NCBI GenBank assembly: GCA_040954595.2
Contig: CM082580.2
Span: 4,392,783-4,456,782, forward strand
Origin: Balanoglossus misakiensis
Lineage: Eukaryota > Animalia > Hemichordata
Direction: 5' to 3'
DNA: 64,000 nucleotides
This document shows, one piece after another, positions 47,606 through 60,300 of this stretch. Below the pieces are notes generated by a model, which searched no databases, was not told where the DNA came from, and was given only the letters and a program-made list of their open reading frames with translations. Position numbers and translations under genes: made by a program. Position 1 is the stretch's first letter. Every line of letters starts with the position of its first letter.

Positions 47606-49367
47606 TTAGGCAAAATACATATTGCAGTACACGTAGTCTTCGCCAAAGCGAGGCACTTCCATCAAGCAAGCAGTAAAAGCAGAAATGGTAACTGGTTTGA
47701 ACGGATACCAGGAAAAGGACCCTTTGAATGCGTCGTGACATCCTGATTCCTGAAACGTAACATGATATGAAGAGAAATGGAGTATATTTTTAATCATTAA
47801 ATGAAGCTAAGTTCTAAATTAAATTCCATCACAAGAACAGATACATTGGTTGGCAGTCTATACTGCTGTATGATCCAGAACACTAGTAATTCTATATTAT
47901 TGGATGATGTTTTCAAGACTCTATAATAATACAGTCATCTCCGATGTTTATAGAATATTCCATTTGATTGTAAGAAAACATTCATCTTTGTATGTTGCAT
48001 TATACCGACATTTAAAGAGACGGTATTTGTGATTCCCAATGAATGTACATACCTGGCAATGCCAAAGACCAATTCCGTTGGCATACTCTGTCACGTTGCA
48101 ATGGCCACACCTTGTAATCAACTCGCTCCCGTCACCCATGCCCTGCAATCAACCCAAATGTCAAAACATTTTAATTTATTTCATCTTTGTATCTTATTGT
48201 ATACATTTAACCTTTCTGCTGTCAAGCCATGTATAGTATTTAGAACAGTTTTATTTCAATATTTCAAACCGAATGTTCACCTGTAATATAAACAATATGT
48301 TGTGGTGGTGGTAATATGAACCTTGGCGTGATTCCAAAGACGGGGTTTACTATACTTTCATGGGACCAGCAGAAACAGCAAGCAGTACGGACGTGATTGA
48401 AGGCCAAGTCTGCAGACAGTCAAGTCAATAGAAATTCAGTTATACAAAGTTGCAGACTTTACTGAATGTTAACCCACTTCTCTTCAAGCCAGCACAACAA
48501 TTGTCTGTGTAATATGTGTGAGAGGAGATGCCAACACAGTAATCCTCTCACCAGGTATATGTCTTCAGAAAGACGTTTGCCCGATATTCCAACAAGTGCA
48601 TAGTGGGTTTCATTCTGCAAATCTAAAGCGTACAAAGTGGAACCTTGACTTCTTTCTTGAACAAGGCCAGCCTTGATGTCATTGACGCTGGCGATCAGGG
48701 TTGATGGACAGTGGTTGATTAATTCACAGTCTACATAATGCAATCCATCATCGGCATTGATATCAATCTTGCATATCTCTCCATGACAGGCCAGATCATC
48801 ATTGATGTCCTTCACCAGAGAGTCGCTACCTTGCAGCGATACTAATGCAACTATTGTGACAATTCGCGCAAATTTCTGAAATAGGAAACCAATTGATATC
48901 TTGTAATTCTCCTTCTGCTTAAATAGAGGGGTGCAGGGATGGGTGTATAATATTGATACAAATACGTTTTGTTTCACATTTTCATATTTTGAAGGATCAC
49001 TCACTCTACTCTAATAATATCTCATACTATCTTATCTATATAATTATCCGAAGGGGTGATTCAAAAAGGCTATGCCTCTTTGTTATATTGGCTGGTGACT
49101 TTTTTCTATACATGTCATTAGTTTCTGGAAGATGTACAATTATCTGTATGTCAGGCACTGTTGCTGTTAGACAGCCTGATTAAAAGTGAACATATTAAAA
49201 GTTGTGTTCTCAAGCTATCTCTTGCCATAAATGCCAAATGGATCAAAACAACAGTATTCGGATTTCAAACATAATGCATGTTTTAGGCTCTTTGAAATTA
49301 AATAGCAATTCCTATACATATCATTAATGAATATGCAGTTCTTTCTATCCAATAGTACACTTACCAT
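47606..49367 (-). CDS. Small secreted Cys-rich protein, paralog A (186 aa), unknown family
   Basis: Exons 49367-49365 (ATG then GTAAGT), 48875-48552, 48142-48053, 47749-47606; all introns phase 0. MKFARIVTIVALVSLQGSDS signal peptide; 10 Cys; ends RFGEDYVYCNMYFA*. Confidence 0.85.
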
Positions 49368-50107
49368 AGTGGTAGCCGACACAAACATCAACATCAAAAT
49401 TCACCTCATCTATGGTGGAGATGCTCGATTGGTCACTTGTTCATATAAATGACCAATTGTATTCATAGCCAACTGACTATTTTTGTGTGAACACACTTTT
49501 TACTGTCATTTAAATATTAAAGCCATATTGCCACGAAAGCAACGCTTTAGAGTCTAGAACTAAAATTATATTCCGGAGATATCGCAAACATGTTTAAGCA
49601 TGCACTGAGGCTAAGCATAACCTTCTTCATCGATAGAATAACTATTTTTAGGACGCTTCGGTTGATCATAAAAAAATAAATTCCCCAAGTCATATAGGAG
49701 TATTTGCGAAAGAAGAAAATGTCCACCGACTTGAGAAGCTTTCATTAAACCTGGGTACTGAAAACGTTATCGTGGTCATACACATCTCTATTTCGACACT
49801 CACAGGTATCACTTCTTTAAGGGAACCAAGAGAACAAAATAGTCAATAGTTATAACTTAATTAAAGGCATTCACTTGCTTAGGTTATTGGTTAATCAATA
49901 ACATTTTGCAAAACATTTATCTTATCAATGGCCACTTTTCTATAAAAACACAAAACACATGACTTGTCTAAAGGAAACAATAGGAGCCAGGAGATAATTA
50001 ATTTGTTTTTATTTGGATGGTTTATCCAATGCACTTTAGGGAACTAAGTACATTTTTGGTTATTCCATGCACTCTTATCCGTTCCATCGAGATTTATTTG
50101 GCCAATA

Positions 50108-52071
50108 TCAGGCAATATAGAAATCACAGTAGAAGAACTCTTCACCAAAACGAGGGGTTTCCACGATGCAAGAGCCGCCAAACAAGGAACTGGTAACTGG
50201 TTTGAACGAAACCCAGGAAAATGGTCCTTTGAATGCACCATTGCATTCTCCTTCCTGAAATATGGTGTGATATGACGAAGTAAAGGAATATATATTATCA
50301 TGTTCTTGGTCAGGAAAAAGTCTAAAAATGAAACAGGGGTATGGTATGTAATCTGAGGCATTTTGTAAAAGATCAGGGCCTCAAGGGCTTTTATGTAGTC
50401 ATCATATTACATTATAAGAGGTGTTTGTAATTATATTACTAGAATCTACACTAAAGTTAAAACAATAACCCATTGCCTGTTTGCAAGTTATGAGCATGAG
50501 CGGCTTGCTCATTATGTGTTGTTGGCCCTCAAATGAGCGACATGTGATACTTTGCCAGGGGCTATTATTCTCAGACTGATAATACCTCCATAGCTTGACA
50601 ACCAGAATTATGATATCCACAACTAATTCAGTAGAGACCTATGGCTTTTTTCGGTTTGGTTATTTTTGGGGAAGTGTATAAGAAATTTCTGGGCAATACT
50701 GTAGCAAGATCATGATGTTTGAACATCAAATATGTAATGTCAGCTATGTTAGTACAGGATATGGCCCAGTTACTTATCCACCATGACTAGTGTTTGACCC
50801 ATTACGATGGAGAAACAAAACAAATCTATCATCTTCTTCAATTACTTTTACTCTACTCCAGTCAGGCACCATGCATTTTTGATATTGAAATATACAGACA
50901 TTAAAAAAGCTTGTTTCACAATACACGTACCTGACAATGCCAAATAGCAATGCCGTTGTCGTATTCTGTTAAATCGCAGTGCCCACAACCCGAGGTCAAC
51001 TCGCTCCCTTCTCCTGGGCCCTGGATGTAAATGGAATGGGCAGTATGTTATTATATATAATTGTAAGATTCCTGAAATCGTATTAATGATAAACTTTATA
51101 TATTTTTATCGTCCGAATTTTCAACACAAGTATATGTTGTGGTTTCAGATATAAACCTTGATGTGTTTTTTTTTCCAAAGAAGGAGCTTGCTTTATGCGA
51201 TTCAATGCATAAAGAATTAGCGATGATTTCATGCCAATCCGTCTTTTATTGAGGCCAGTAAAGAAACAGTTAACACAAAACACATTTAACACATAAAAGC
51301 AAGCTTTGTATTCTCTCACCAGATCGACATCTCCAGGAGGGCGCCTATCGGATATAATAGTAGTGACGAAACGAGTTTCATTCTTAAAATACAAAGCCCA
51401 GACAGTTGAACTTCGACTTCTTTCCTCTGCAAGACCGTTCTTAACCTCACTGATTTTGGGGAAGAGATGTGACGGACACTGCGTTGTTAACACGCAGTCC
51501 AAGTAATACAAACCAACATTGGCATTGACATCAGCCTTGCATATTTCACCATGACAGGGCCGGCTGTCGATAACGTCGTCTTCTCTTGTCACCGGGGAAG
51601 CACTCGCTTGAAGCGACAGTAGCACACCTACGGTGGCAACAATTCGTCTCAGTGTCTGAAATAACAATAAAGACCGATTGGTATTTCCAGTTTATTTCGT
51701 CTGTCCTTCGTCTCCTCCTCATGGGCCTACAATGACATTGTTTCACATTTTCATATTGGATATGATCACCCACTATTTGTCTGCATTAGTAACATTATTT
51801 TAGAGGGAATGCCAAACAAGCTACGCCCGCCTATGTTACAAATCATGACTCCCGCAGAATTACCTGGTTATCACTAGTACTGAAGCTGTGAATCGAAATG
51901 GCATTATCTGTGTGTCATACTCGCTAATACTTTTTGTTCATACACGTCAAAAACACCAAGACAACATTTATCAGTCTGAGAATGGATGGAGTGTTTTTTC
52001 ACAGGCTAAATGAACTGTTACATCTTTACACACCTTAGTGCCAACATGAATGTTAATTGTACACTTACCAT
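50108..52071 (-). CDS. Small secreted Cys-rich protein, paralog B (191 aa), unknown family
   Basis: Exons 52071-52069 (ATG then GTAAGT), 51655-51320, 51020-50931, 50254-50108. MTLRRIVATVGVLLSLQASA signal peptide; CHGEICK, GEGSELTSGCGHC, AFKGPFSW, PRFGEEFFYCDFYIA* align with paralog A. AATAAA (minus strand) at 50093-50098. Confidence 0.87.
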
Positions 52072-53502
52072 AGTGTATATGTCAGCCACGCAGTTTTCTT
52101 AATTGACAGTACAGTATCTTGAAATGCCCAACTTGGCACTTTATATATTTTATATATAATATAATAATATATTCATAACGGCCAAGTCATTTGTATTTAA
52201 TATTTTTTAAATTCATTAAAACATGCGTGGTAGCAGGCCCACATCTATTTATAAAGAGTAAAAACGCTGGAGACAATATAAATATCTCACCTACTTATGG
52301 TCATATATATGATTTCCAGTTAATGGCCAGCATCTATTAAAGCCCCATGAGCTGCAACTTGATAAAAAATTAAGTCTTATATAATCTTGTAATCATGCCT
52401 TTTCAATGATATTCCTGATAGCCTTTTTACGACAAAATGTCCGAAAATAAGGAAACATCAGTACAGTCCTGCAAATTTTTAAGGTGAAATATTGCAATGG
52501 AAAATGAAAATGTAATTTCTCAGTGACGAACATTTACTTCCATGTGTTCTAGTGGATGATATAATGCTTTGTTTCAAAGTGGGAAATGCAACATTTTCAT
52601 TGTATATTGCATTTTCCCCATAATGGCGGCGATATTCTATTGCGGTAAAGCATTATTATTTATGTGGTTAAAACTTGCATATACACTCCTAATTATGCTA
52701 ATAATACTATGAAACTTGTATACACTTCTGTATGGATTAATTATAACAGATTGAAAATAAATTTCCTGATCATTAAAGCTGCACTTCATGTGGCATTGAT
52801 AAAGCATGATTAAACCTATTGCAAACAAGCGAGATAAAAGTACAAAATGAGGTCAAAGAAACTCAGTATGCACGGCTGTTCATGACATTCTTTACATTCC
52901 CATTAATTACCAGTGGTAGTGGTTAGATCTTGTGAGTGATTGGTAATTTACAGATCGGCTTATTTATTTGAATTTCAATGAGAATGATACTGATATGTTT
53001 TCTTTGGTGTTATGAGTTAGGGTACAACATGAAAGAGTAAAACAGGCCACCCAATATACATACTGATGTTATTAGGACACTATGGTTAGATGCACAGAAA
53101 GGTTTCTGCCCTGCAATTTTCAAAATTCACTATTTATAGGATGTGTGGCGATGCAGATGAGTGGTATTTTTCCCATTGCACAAACTTTTTTTAAATTCTT
53201 TCTAATTTAGTCTCTACACCTCTCTGCGTAAAACGACCTCATACTAGTTCACCACGAGAAAACACTGGTGCACCACTCTCTAATATGAAAAGCGAGTAGA
53301 AGTCAAAATCTTATTTTCAATTATTTATGTGACAGAAAATATTATTTTAGTTTAATATTAAAATCGGACATTTTTCTTTGTTCGATAAATTTGTGACACA
53401 AAGAAGAAAATGCGTTTTCAATTTGAAAGCAAACAACCATATGTGAATATAAAAAAGGTAAAGAACTGCAATTGTCATGCCATAGGTTGCAGTGGACCCA
53501 TC

Positions 53503-55032
53503 ATGGCGATTAGACTGGCATTATTCGTAGTGTCTTCTTTGGCATTGGTTAGTTCAAGTATCGACCATCCATACCACACGAAACCGTGGATATGCACAGT
53601 TACTAAATCTCGCCTGTACAATGACGCTGTGTGGAATATTCTTCTCACACGACAAACTGAATGCTCCGAGGAGATCATGGCGCTGCCAGACGTGTTGCGG
53701 AATGAAACTCTGATCAGGAGGGACATTGTGTATGAGACCATTGGCCCCTTTATTGGACCTACAGAGTCATACAGAATGGTGGTTGTTCCAGTGGACCAGG
53801 TGGATACGATTGACTTGGTAAGGAATGAGGGGGTGGGAGAGCTTACAGACAGAGACAGACAGGTACAGAGGGAGAGACCGGCAGACAGACATGCGGTTGA
53901 CGAATATATTCTTTGCGCTCTTTTTTTCTTCAAAATAACATAATGTTGAAATATGTTGTTAACCAAGAATACACTAACCGTATACCGTTATATGCATGGA
54001 ATATTATTTTAATGAATTAAACTTTTACAAGACAACATATGTGGTTGTGGGGCACATCCCACAAGTAGAGGACGACAATTTAAAACGTATACTCTGATTA
54101 CAAGAGTAATTGTAAACCTTGCGAGAGTGTTTGTAAATATTGGGAAAGTTGTAAAACTGATGAAAGTTTTAAGTTGCAGAAACACTTACAGGAAAATTAG
54201 GGGAAGGTCAGAACAATAGAGACGACGATTGGTATAAAATAGTAAACGCCTCAGTTCAAGAAATTGAACTCATATTGAAATCGTTTTTAGGGAACGAAGA
54301 TTGAAGGCGAATTTGTGAACGAATGCTTGATTTGTGCACTGGACTTCTACACTAACGCTGTCAATGTTACCTGTAATACATTAGAGGTAAGAGTTGACAA
54401 GCATCAGATTACAACTCAAAAAATCTCGTATCACTGTTGCCAAATACACCATGGGAATGTATGAATTTCGGTATTACTCAAATCAAGTTATCTTTCTGTA
54501 GTGCTTTTTAACCTAAAGTGATGCCCAGCATGCATAGTTGGTGGAAGCAAATGTCATGAAATGCTTGTACATGTTTATTTATAAAACATGTTCAACGCTT
54601 TCAATTTTGTACAGTGCTTAGACCTATCTTCACGTATATAAATAGCATGATATGACAACTACTATGAATGATTCACATTTCATTCCTCACTGAAACAACC
54701 ACTAATTTATTTTAGGTTTTGCACATTTAGAAATTTAAAAATATATGTCAAAACATCAGTTTATAAACCTATCTTGCTTACTTGTAATTTCCTTTCCGCG
54801 ACTTCAGTGAATGTTTACCATGCATGACCCAGCAAACTTGAATGTGCAAAATCCTAAATAAATCATCGCCTGTTATTATCTTTTCCCTCATATGTAGAAA
54901 TGTCCAATGAGGCTTTCCCAGGAATTGTACTGGAACCCACCTGGAAACATTACTTGGGAAGGTTTGGAATATTGTTCCACCAAGAGTTATGGAAGTACTC
55001 TGAACTTTATCTGCAAGCTTTATACCACCTGA
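53503..55032 (+). CDS. Small secreted Cys-rich protein, divergent paralog C (181 aa), unknown family
   Basis: Exons 53503-53817, 54291-54386, 54898-55032 (phase 0). MAIRLALFVVSSLALVSS signal peptide; junctions IDL|GTKIEGEFVNECLIC and |KC...LYWNP...YC...YG...ICKLY mirror A/B. AATAAA at 55087. Confidence 0.8.
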
Positions 55033-57336
55033 TAAGTTGTCTCTAGATAAACATGATTTAAGTGTAACTGTCATCAGGTTTCTGCAAATAAAGACACGTT
55101 GCATATTTAAGGAACTTGTTCAATGATCTTTATAAATCAAGAGTTACTGAGCCAAATTTAATGAAGCTCGCTAGGGGTGTTGTTTTCAAATACGGTGGGT
55201 TAAAATTATTGTAGGTCGGGTAATGGAACAGCACATTGCTTTTATTTTGGCCTAAGAAACACTTGGTTTAAATAAGATGTACATTAAATCTCCGGTTATT
55301 AAAACGATAAGCTTATATACTTAAGAGACGTACAGAGGTACGCAGAGGGCTTAACTGCTGAATAAAATAAGATCATCATAGTATCATTAATACAACAGTT
55401 TTGTTCCCACGGTACTTGCATAGAACGCAGTGTCATGCTGAGCCATATTTAAGTGAAATCTCTAAACAGAGACAAGTTGAGGAATAAAAGTCATTCAGAA
55501 GGGTCATAAGTGCTGTAAACGTCCTTCATGGAAACTACCGAACCATTGGACTATAGACTGTGTACAGGATAGTAATCCAACCGAAACAGATGATCAGCAA
55601 GTATTCATTGGGTTCATGAAGATTCAAATTGACCGATTGCACAGTGGCAAGGGTGGGGTTCTTTCCATACAAAGCTTTTCAGGGATATGCAATCATCAAC
55701 TGCCAACATTGATTAATTTTATTCAAAAATCTATGTGACAAAGCCATTAATATGATAGCCGCACGCACCAAACAGTTCATCCAGTACACAACGCGTACGG
55801 AACATATTCAGCGACAGTGTTTCATTTTATTTTTAACAGAGATCAGTGGCTAGATTAAAGTACATGTCTGACACAAAATAAAAGGCACAAAACAGACGAA
55901 TGTTTAACAAGCAAGGGCAATCATGAAAAAAATCGAATATGAAATAAATAAATATCATGGATGAGAAGTATTACTTGGATTAAAATATCGATGCAAAATA
56001 TTAATAACGTTCAGGAGAACATCCTTCACCTTTGTCACATAATATTAAAGTACTTTGTGATAACAAATACCATTTTTCACTTTGTCACAAAACATTCAGT
56101 GGAACTCATTACTTATTAAATCAACAAGATAAGGAGATTTGTAGCGAAATGAATATTTAATATACAGAAGAGCTCTCCGATGGAGTTAGCTCACTTTATT
56201 ATGAAATCCTCTTTCTATGATCTTAGTCACATTTTCCTTTAACGCTGTTCACATTAATTAGACATGGACAGGTACTTGATTAGAACACATCATTTTATAC
56301 TGTTAATATCGCATTCCCTCGAGTGTATATCGAGTGTACGTTTCGGTGATAAACCCAAGTCAAAACATCACATCAAAGGAAGTCGTGTTTAAGTAATGCC
56401 TGCGGATAATGGCACTGTCGCGGCGGAAAAGCTATGGATATTCTTTGATGTACTGGTTTTCTAACTTTATTGAAGTGAGCAAATGGATTTGAATACGTGT
56501 GTCGAAGATAGGAAGACTTAAAGTCTCTAACCACTCCTGGGTTGTCAATGCCCCCAAGTAGCAAACACAGTGTAGGCGGTAAATAGTCAAAACTTTCCAT
56601 AAACTTAGAATAAGCCCTTCTGTTTGGTGTACTAACTCTAGTTACTAGAAAACCTTTCTATATCTTGGCAAAGCATCGCACGGGTTAGTAATAATTAAAG
56701 ATCGAGTCACCAATTGAAAGATAATCTTTCATCTTGTTTTTTTCTCTCTCCGCATATGAAATCTATATCATTACCCCAGGGATGTATGCCACGTCTCTCC
56801 CTCCTCCGCCATCTGTCTCAGTGAATCTTTTAAGGTGTCCCGCAAGCTTTCAGTTTTCGTTAAACGATGACGGCTTGCGCTCTTTAAGGCGGCGTATTTC
56901 CTGGCGTAGGTATACACTGCAATTTGCAAAATTTAGACCATAGACCATGCAGTTCTGCTTTCAGGGGTGCAAAATGTCGTAGTGAGATCACATTATCAGT
57001 TGTCCCGTAACTCATTCATAATATATCAAGCGCCTTTATACTGACCCAGTGTAAAGTTAACGTTTTCGTTGAAACTTATACGAAGCACATGAAATACACA
57101 TTATAAAATGGACGTCGTGCCTTACAGGTTTTAGGGCTGCCATCATTGGCTGCGGCTGTAATTTATGCAATGGCTATGTAGAAGAGGACTTGGTTGCTGG
57201 GCAACATTTGCATATATTTAGTATCCACAGTTTATATGTTTGGCCCAGCAGTCAGACCGCGCACTGTGAGTGACAAACATGATTTGAACCGAATCGTTAC
57301 AACTTGAAGTTTGATGTGGAAAGCATATTTGTTGAG

Positions 57337-60300
57337 ATGTCAATTTTGCGCGATAAACGGCACGGAAAAGTTGCTCTTATGGTTTGGTGTGGTACACTAT
57401 TGATAGCTATTTCAAACAAGGTGAGCTTATGTTTAATTCATTGTGAAACTATAGCTACGTGATGTTTGCTGCTTGTTGAGTTCTGAAACTAATTCCCCTC
57501 CATCGATACTAAACCTTTCTCCCAAATTTATAGTGTAATTAACCAATGGACGCAAAAATTATCATTGAATTCTGAAAAATTAAACAACATAGGTGCGAGT
57601 CTGACCTTTTCATCTAAAAAGCTGAATCTCCAGATAACTTTGCTAATTACGTCATAAATTTAACTATTTCCAATATATTCTATTACAGAATATTAGACTA
57701 ATCATACCTGACACAAGCGTGGGGTCAAAATCGCTCATTTACCAAAACAAATTTGCGACTGAATTGTTTTCATACTCCTTTTCATCTAAAAAGCTGAATT
57801 ACGAACTCCCCCCCCCCCCCCGATAGCATTGCCAATGAAACCTTAAATCAAATGCATGTACGTCAACATTGTTCACATCCAGGCACAGTCCATAGAAGGG
57901 CCGAATCTATGTGAAGAATTGTGGAAAATAGGACCGTATGACGAACAAGTATGCGCTTGTCCAAGTGGTTTCACACCTGTTGAGCGTTCACACCAATGCA
58001 AAGGTGAGATCTATAAGCGAATTGCCCTTTTGCCCAACAAGACGGAATGACTCCTTTAGCAGTCTTGTGATGGATAAACTTTTGACATGACGGCGTAATA
58101 AAAAAAACACCGAACCTGTAGAATTTGGTGTTAGTGGATGAACGTTTGTACTTCTATACACAAAACGTCACCATTTTACTGTAAAAAAATAAAACAACCA
58201 ATCTAATTCCACATCTTTTTCCTGCATATAAGAAAGGTTTTGTTATTTTCAGATATCGACGAATGTGACACTATGAATGGTACCTGCCATCACATCTGTG
58301 AAAATACGATTGGGTCATACTACTGTACGTGTTACGCAGGTTATGAGTTACAGGATGATACCAAGACCTGTGAAGGTGACAGACAGCACTAAATTTCTTG
58401 TATTAATTAATTCATTAGTTAATTAATAAATCCGTCAATTAATTAATTAATTTCTGTTTGTTTACGTCCGTCGTGAAATGTAAATTACAACGAATATCGG
58501 GTTTGAAAACTTGACATTATAGAAAAGTGGTTGAATTCCCAAATGCGAATGGATGTTTCATTATATACTAGGCCGACGTGTGTATCACTTTCATGTAAAC
58601 CAATGTTTCCACAGTTTGTGCTGTCAGCTGCATGGACGGCATATGTTTACCTGTAAGCTATCGATGTGACAATGTCCGTGACTGTGAAAATGGCGAAGAT
58701 GAAGACGGATGTCAAAGTAAGTATATAGCGTTAATCAAATATTGTCTGGATGTACGAGCTCATTTATATATATTTTACAACTATATTATCTGCAATGTCA
58801 CAATTTGTATGGCAGCTGCTGAGTTAATGGACAATGATATTTTCTTGTCTTCCACTAGTATGTGAAGGGGGAGACTTCCTTTGCAGCGACGGGACGTGCA
58901 TTGCGAACTACAAGATTTGTGATGGATCGATTGACTGTGATAATGACGAGACAGCGTGTGATGAGAGTGAGTATTGCGCACAAACTAAGCCAAAACTAAG
59001 CATCGCTCGACAATAAATTTTGGCTTGCACGGATTCGACGTAAGGTTTAGGTACAGATGTTACATTGTTCCAGCGTTAGGTTCATGCACAGTGCCTTCAC
59101 AAACGGGACTGTGGTTATGGGAAGGCGCTAACTTAGTCGAATCGACGATAGGTTATTAGACGGTATTGTAGGGGGTTGAATATTAAAATGGGTACATTTT
59201 CGTAGTCGGATATGACATCGTCTTAACGATCTGAACTCGTTGCGCATATTCTTTTTTTTTTTTAAGAATTCACAAGGTAAATAATGCAAAATGTGATAAT
59301 GTTTACAGTACATTTGAAGGCAATTTTCATTTTTTGACACTATTTCAACAGCAGTCACAGCATCAACAACAATAACGAAATGGTGAATTTTCTGTTTCCT
59401 CAAACAGAATGCGGAATGAACAAGTTTGCCTGTGATAATGGAACTCGATGCCTCGAGCCTTCTGAAGTGTGCGATTATTGGAACGATTGTGAGGACGGAG
59501 AGGACCAACAACATTGTGGAGGTAAAACTGGCTTAATATTAAAGAGTTGCGTTAACATGTTCATGTAACCCCCCCCCCCCCCACACACACACACACGAGA
59601 TTTGAGTTGTCATTAAATTCCACCGGCATGGCGATGTATACATGTTTGAGTGCGACGATACAGGCCTGTGACCAGTAAATAAGTCAACAACACAGTCCAA
59701 TAAAAAATGAAGATGTTCTGGAAAAGCTCGATGACATAATTATAGTGTTGCTTGTTAAATAAATTACGAAACATCCACTATCATTCCGTGTGCGCATTTC
59801 TATCGTTGTGTGGTTGGTTGCCTGTTTTCTAGTGTTTCTGGTGATTTCTCTTAAAGTGTGATTAGCATAATGTAATAACAAAACAACCCATGGCGATCGA
59901 GATCGTGCAAACAAGAAGTTCCGGGGTTATTTCTACTCGTGCTGCCAGTGCATTCTTGCTGCATCCATTTGCACTCGCTGTGTGCGCTCGTGTGACGACG
60001 GCCGCAGAATACACTAACAGCCCTCGTGCAAACCACCCCCGGTACGTCGTGTTTGCACCATCTCACCATGGTGTTCTGTCAACGATAACTACTAACCAGT
60101 AAGGTATTCAAACAGGGAAACGGCAGCAGCATATTTTCTCCACACAAACATAACTTGGAAAAAGTCTTGATTTTCACTATGTTCCGCTAAACTCACAAAA
60201 TTCTAACCAGCTCCGTTCAAATCAGCTTAAGCAAACATAACCATGCAGAAAATAAAAGTATATAATTCGTGCGTTTGCCTCTCCTCGCTCCGACATCCTT

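Noticed and set aside
48315-48431. Plus-strand peptide YEPWRDSKDGVYYTFMGPAET inside an intron of paralog A, faintly like FIGPTES in paralog C
   Set aside because: Too short a match, with no splice support or Cys pattern; likely chance.
53082-53084. CACTATG|GTTAGA as an ATG-only first exon of paralog C
   Set aside because: Context resembles A/B, but splicing to the acceptors at 53485, 53492 or 53513 is out of frame with the signal peptide; the ATG at 53503 suffices.
55480-56600. Stop-free stretch at ~55481-55738 (+) and ORF 56373-56600 (-)
   Set aside because: No recognisable motif and no convincing splice sites linking them to a gene.
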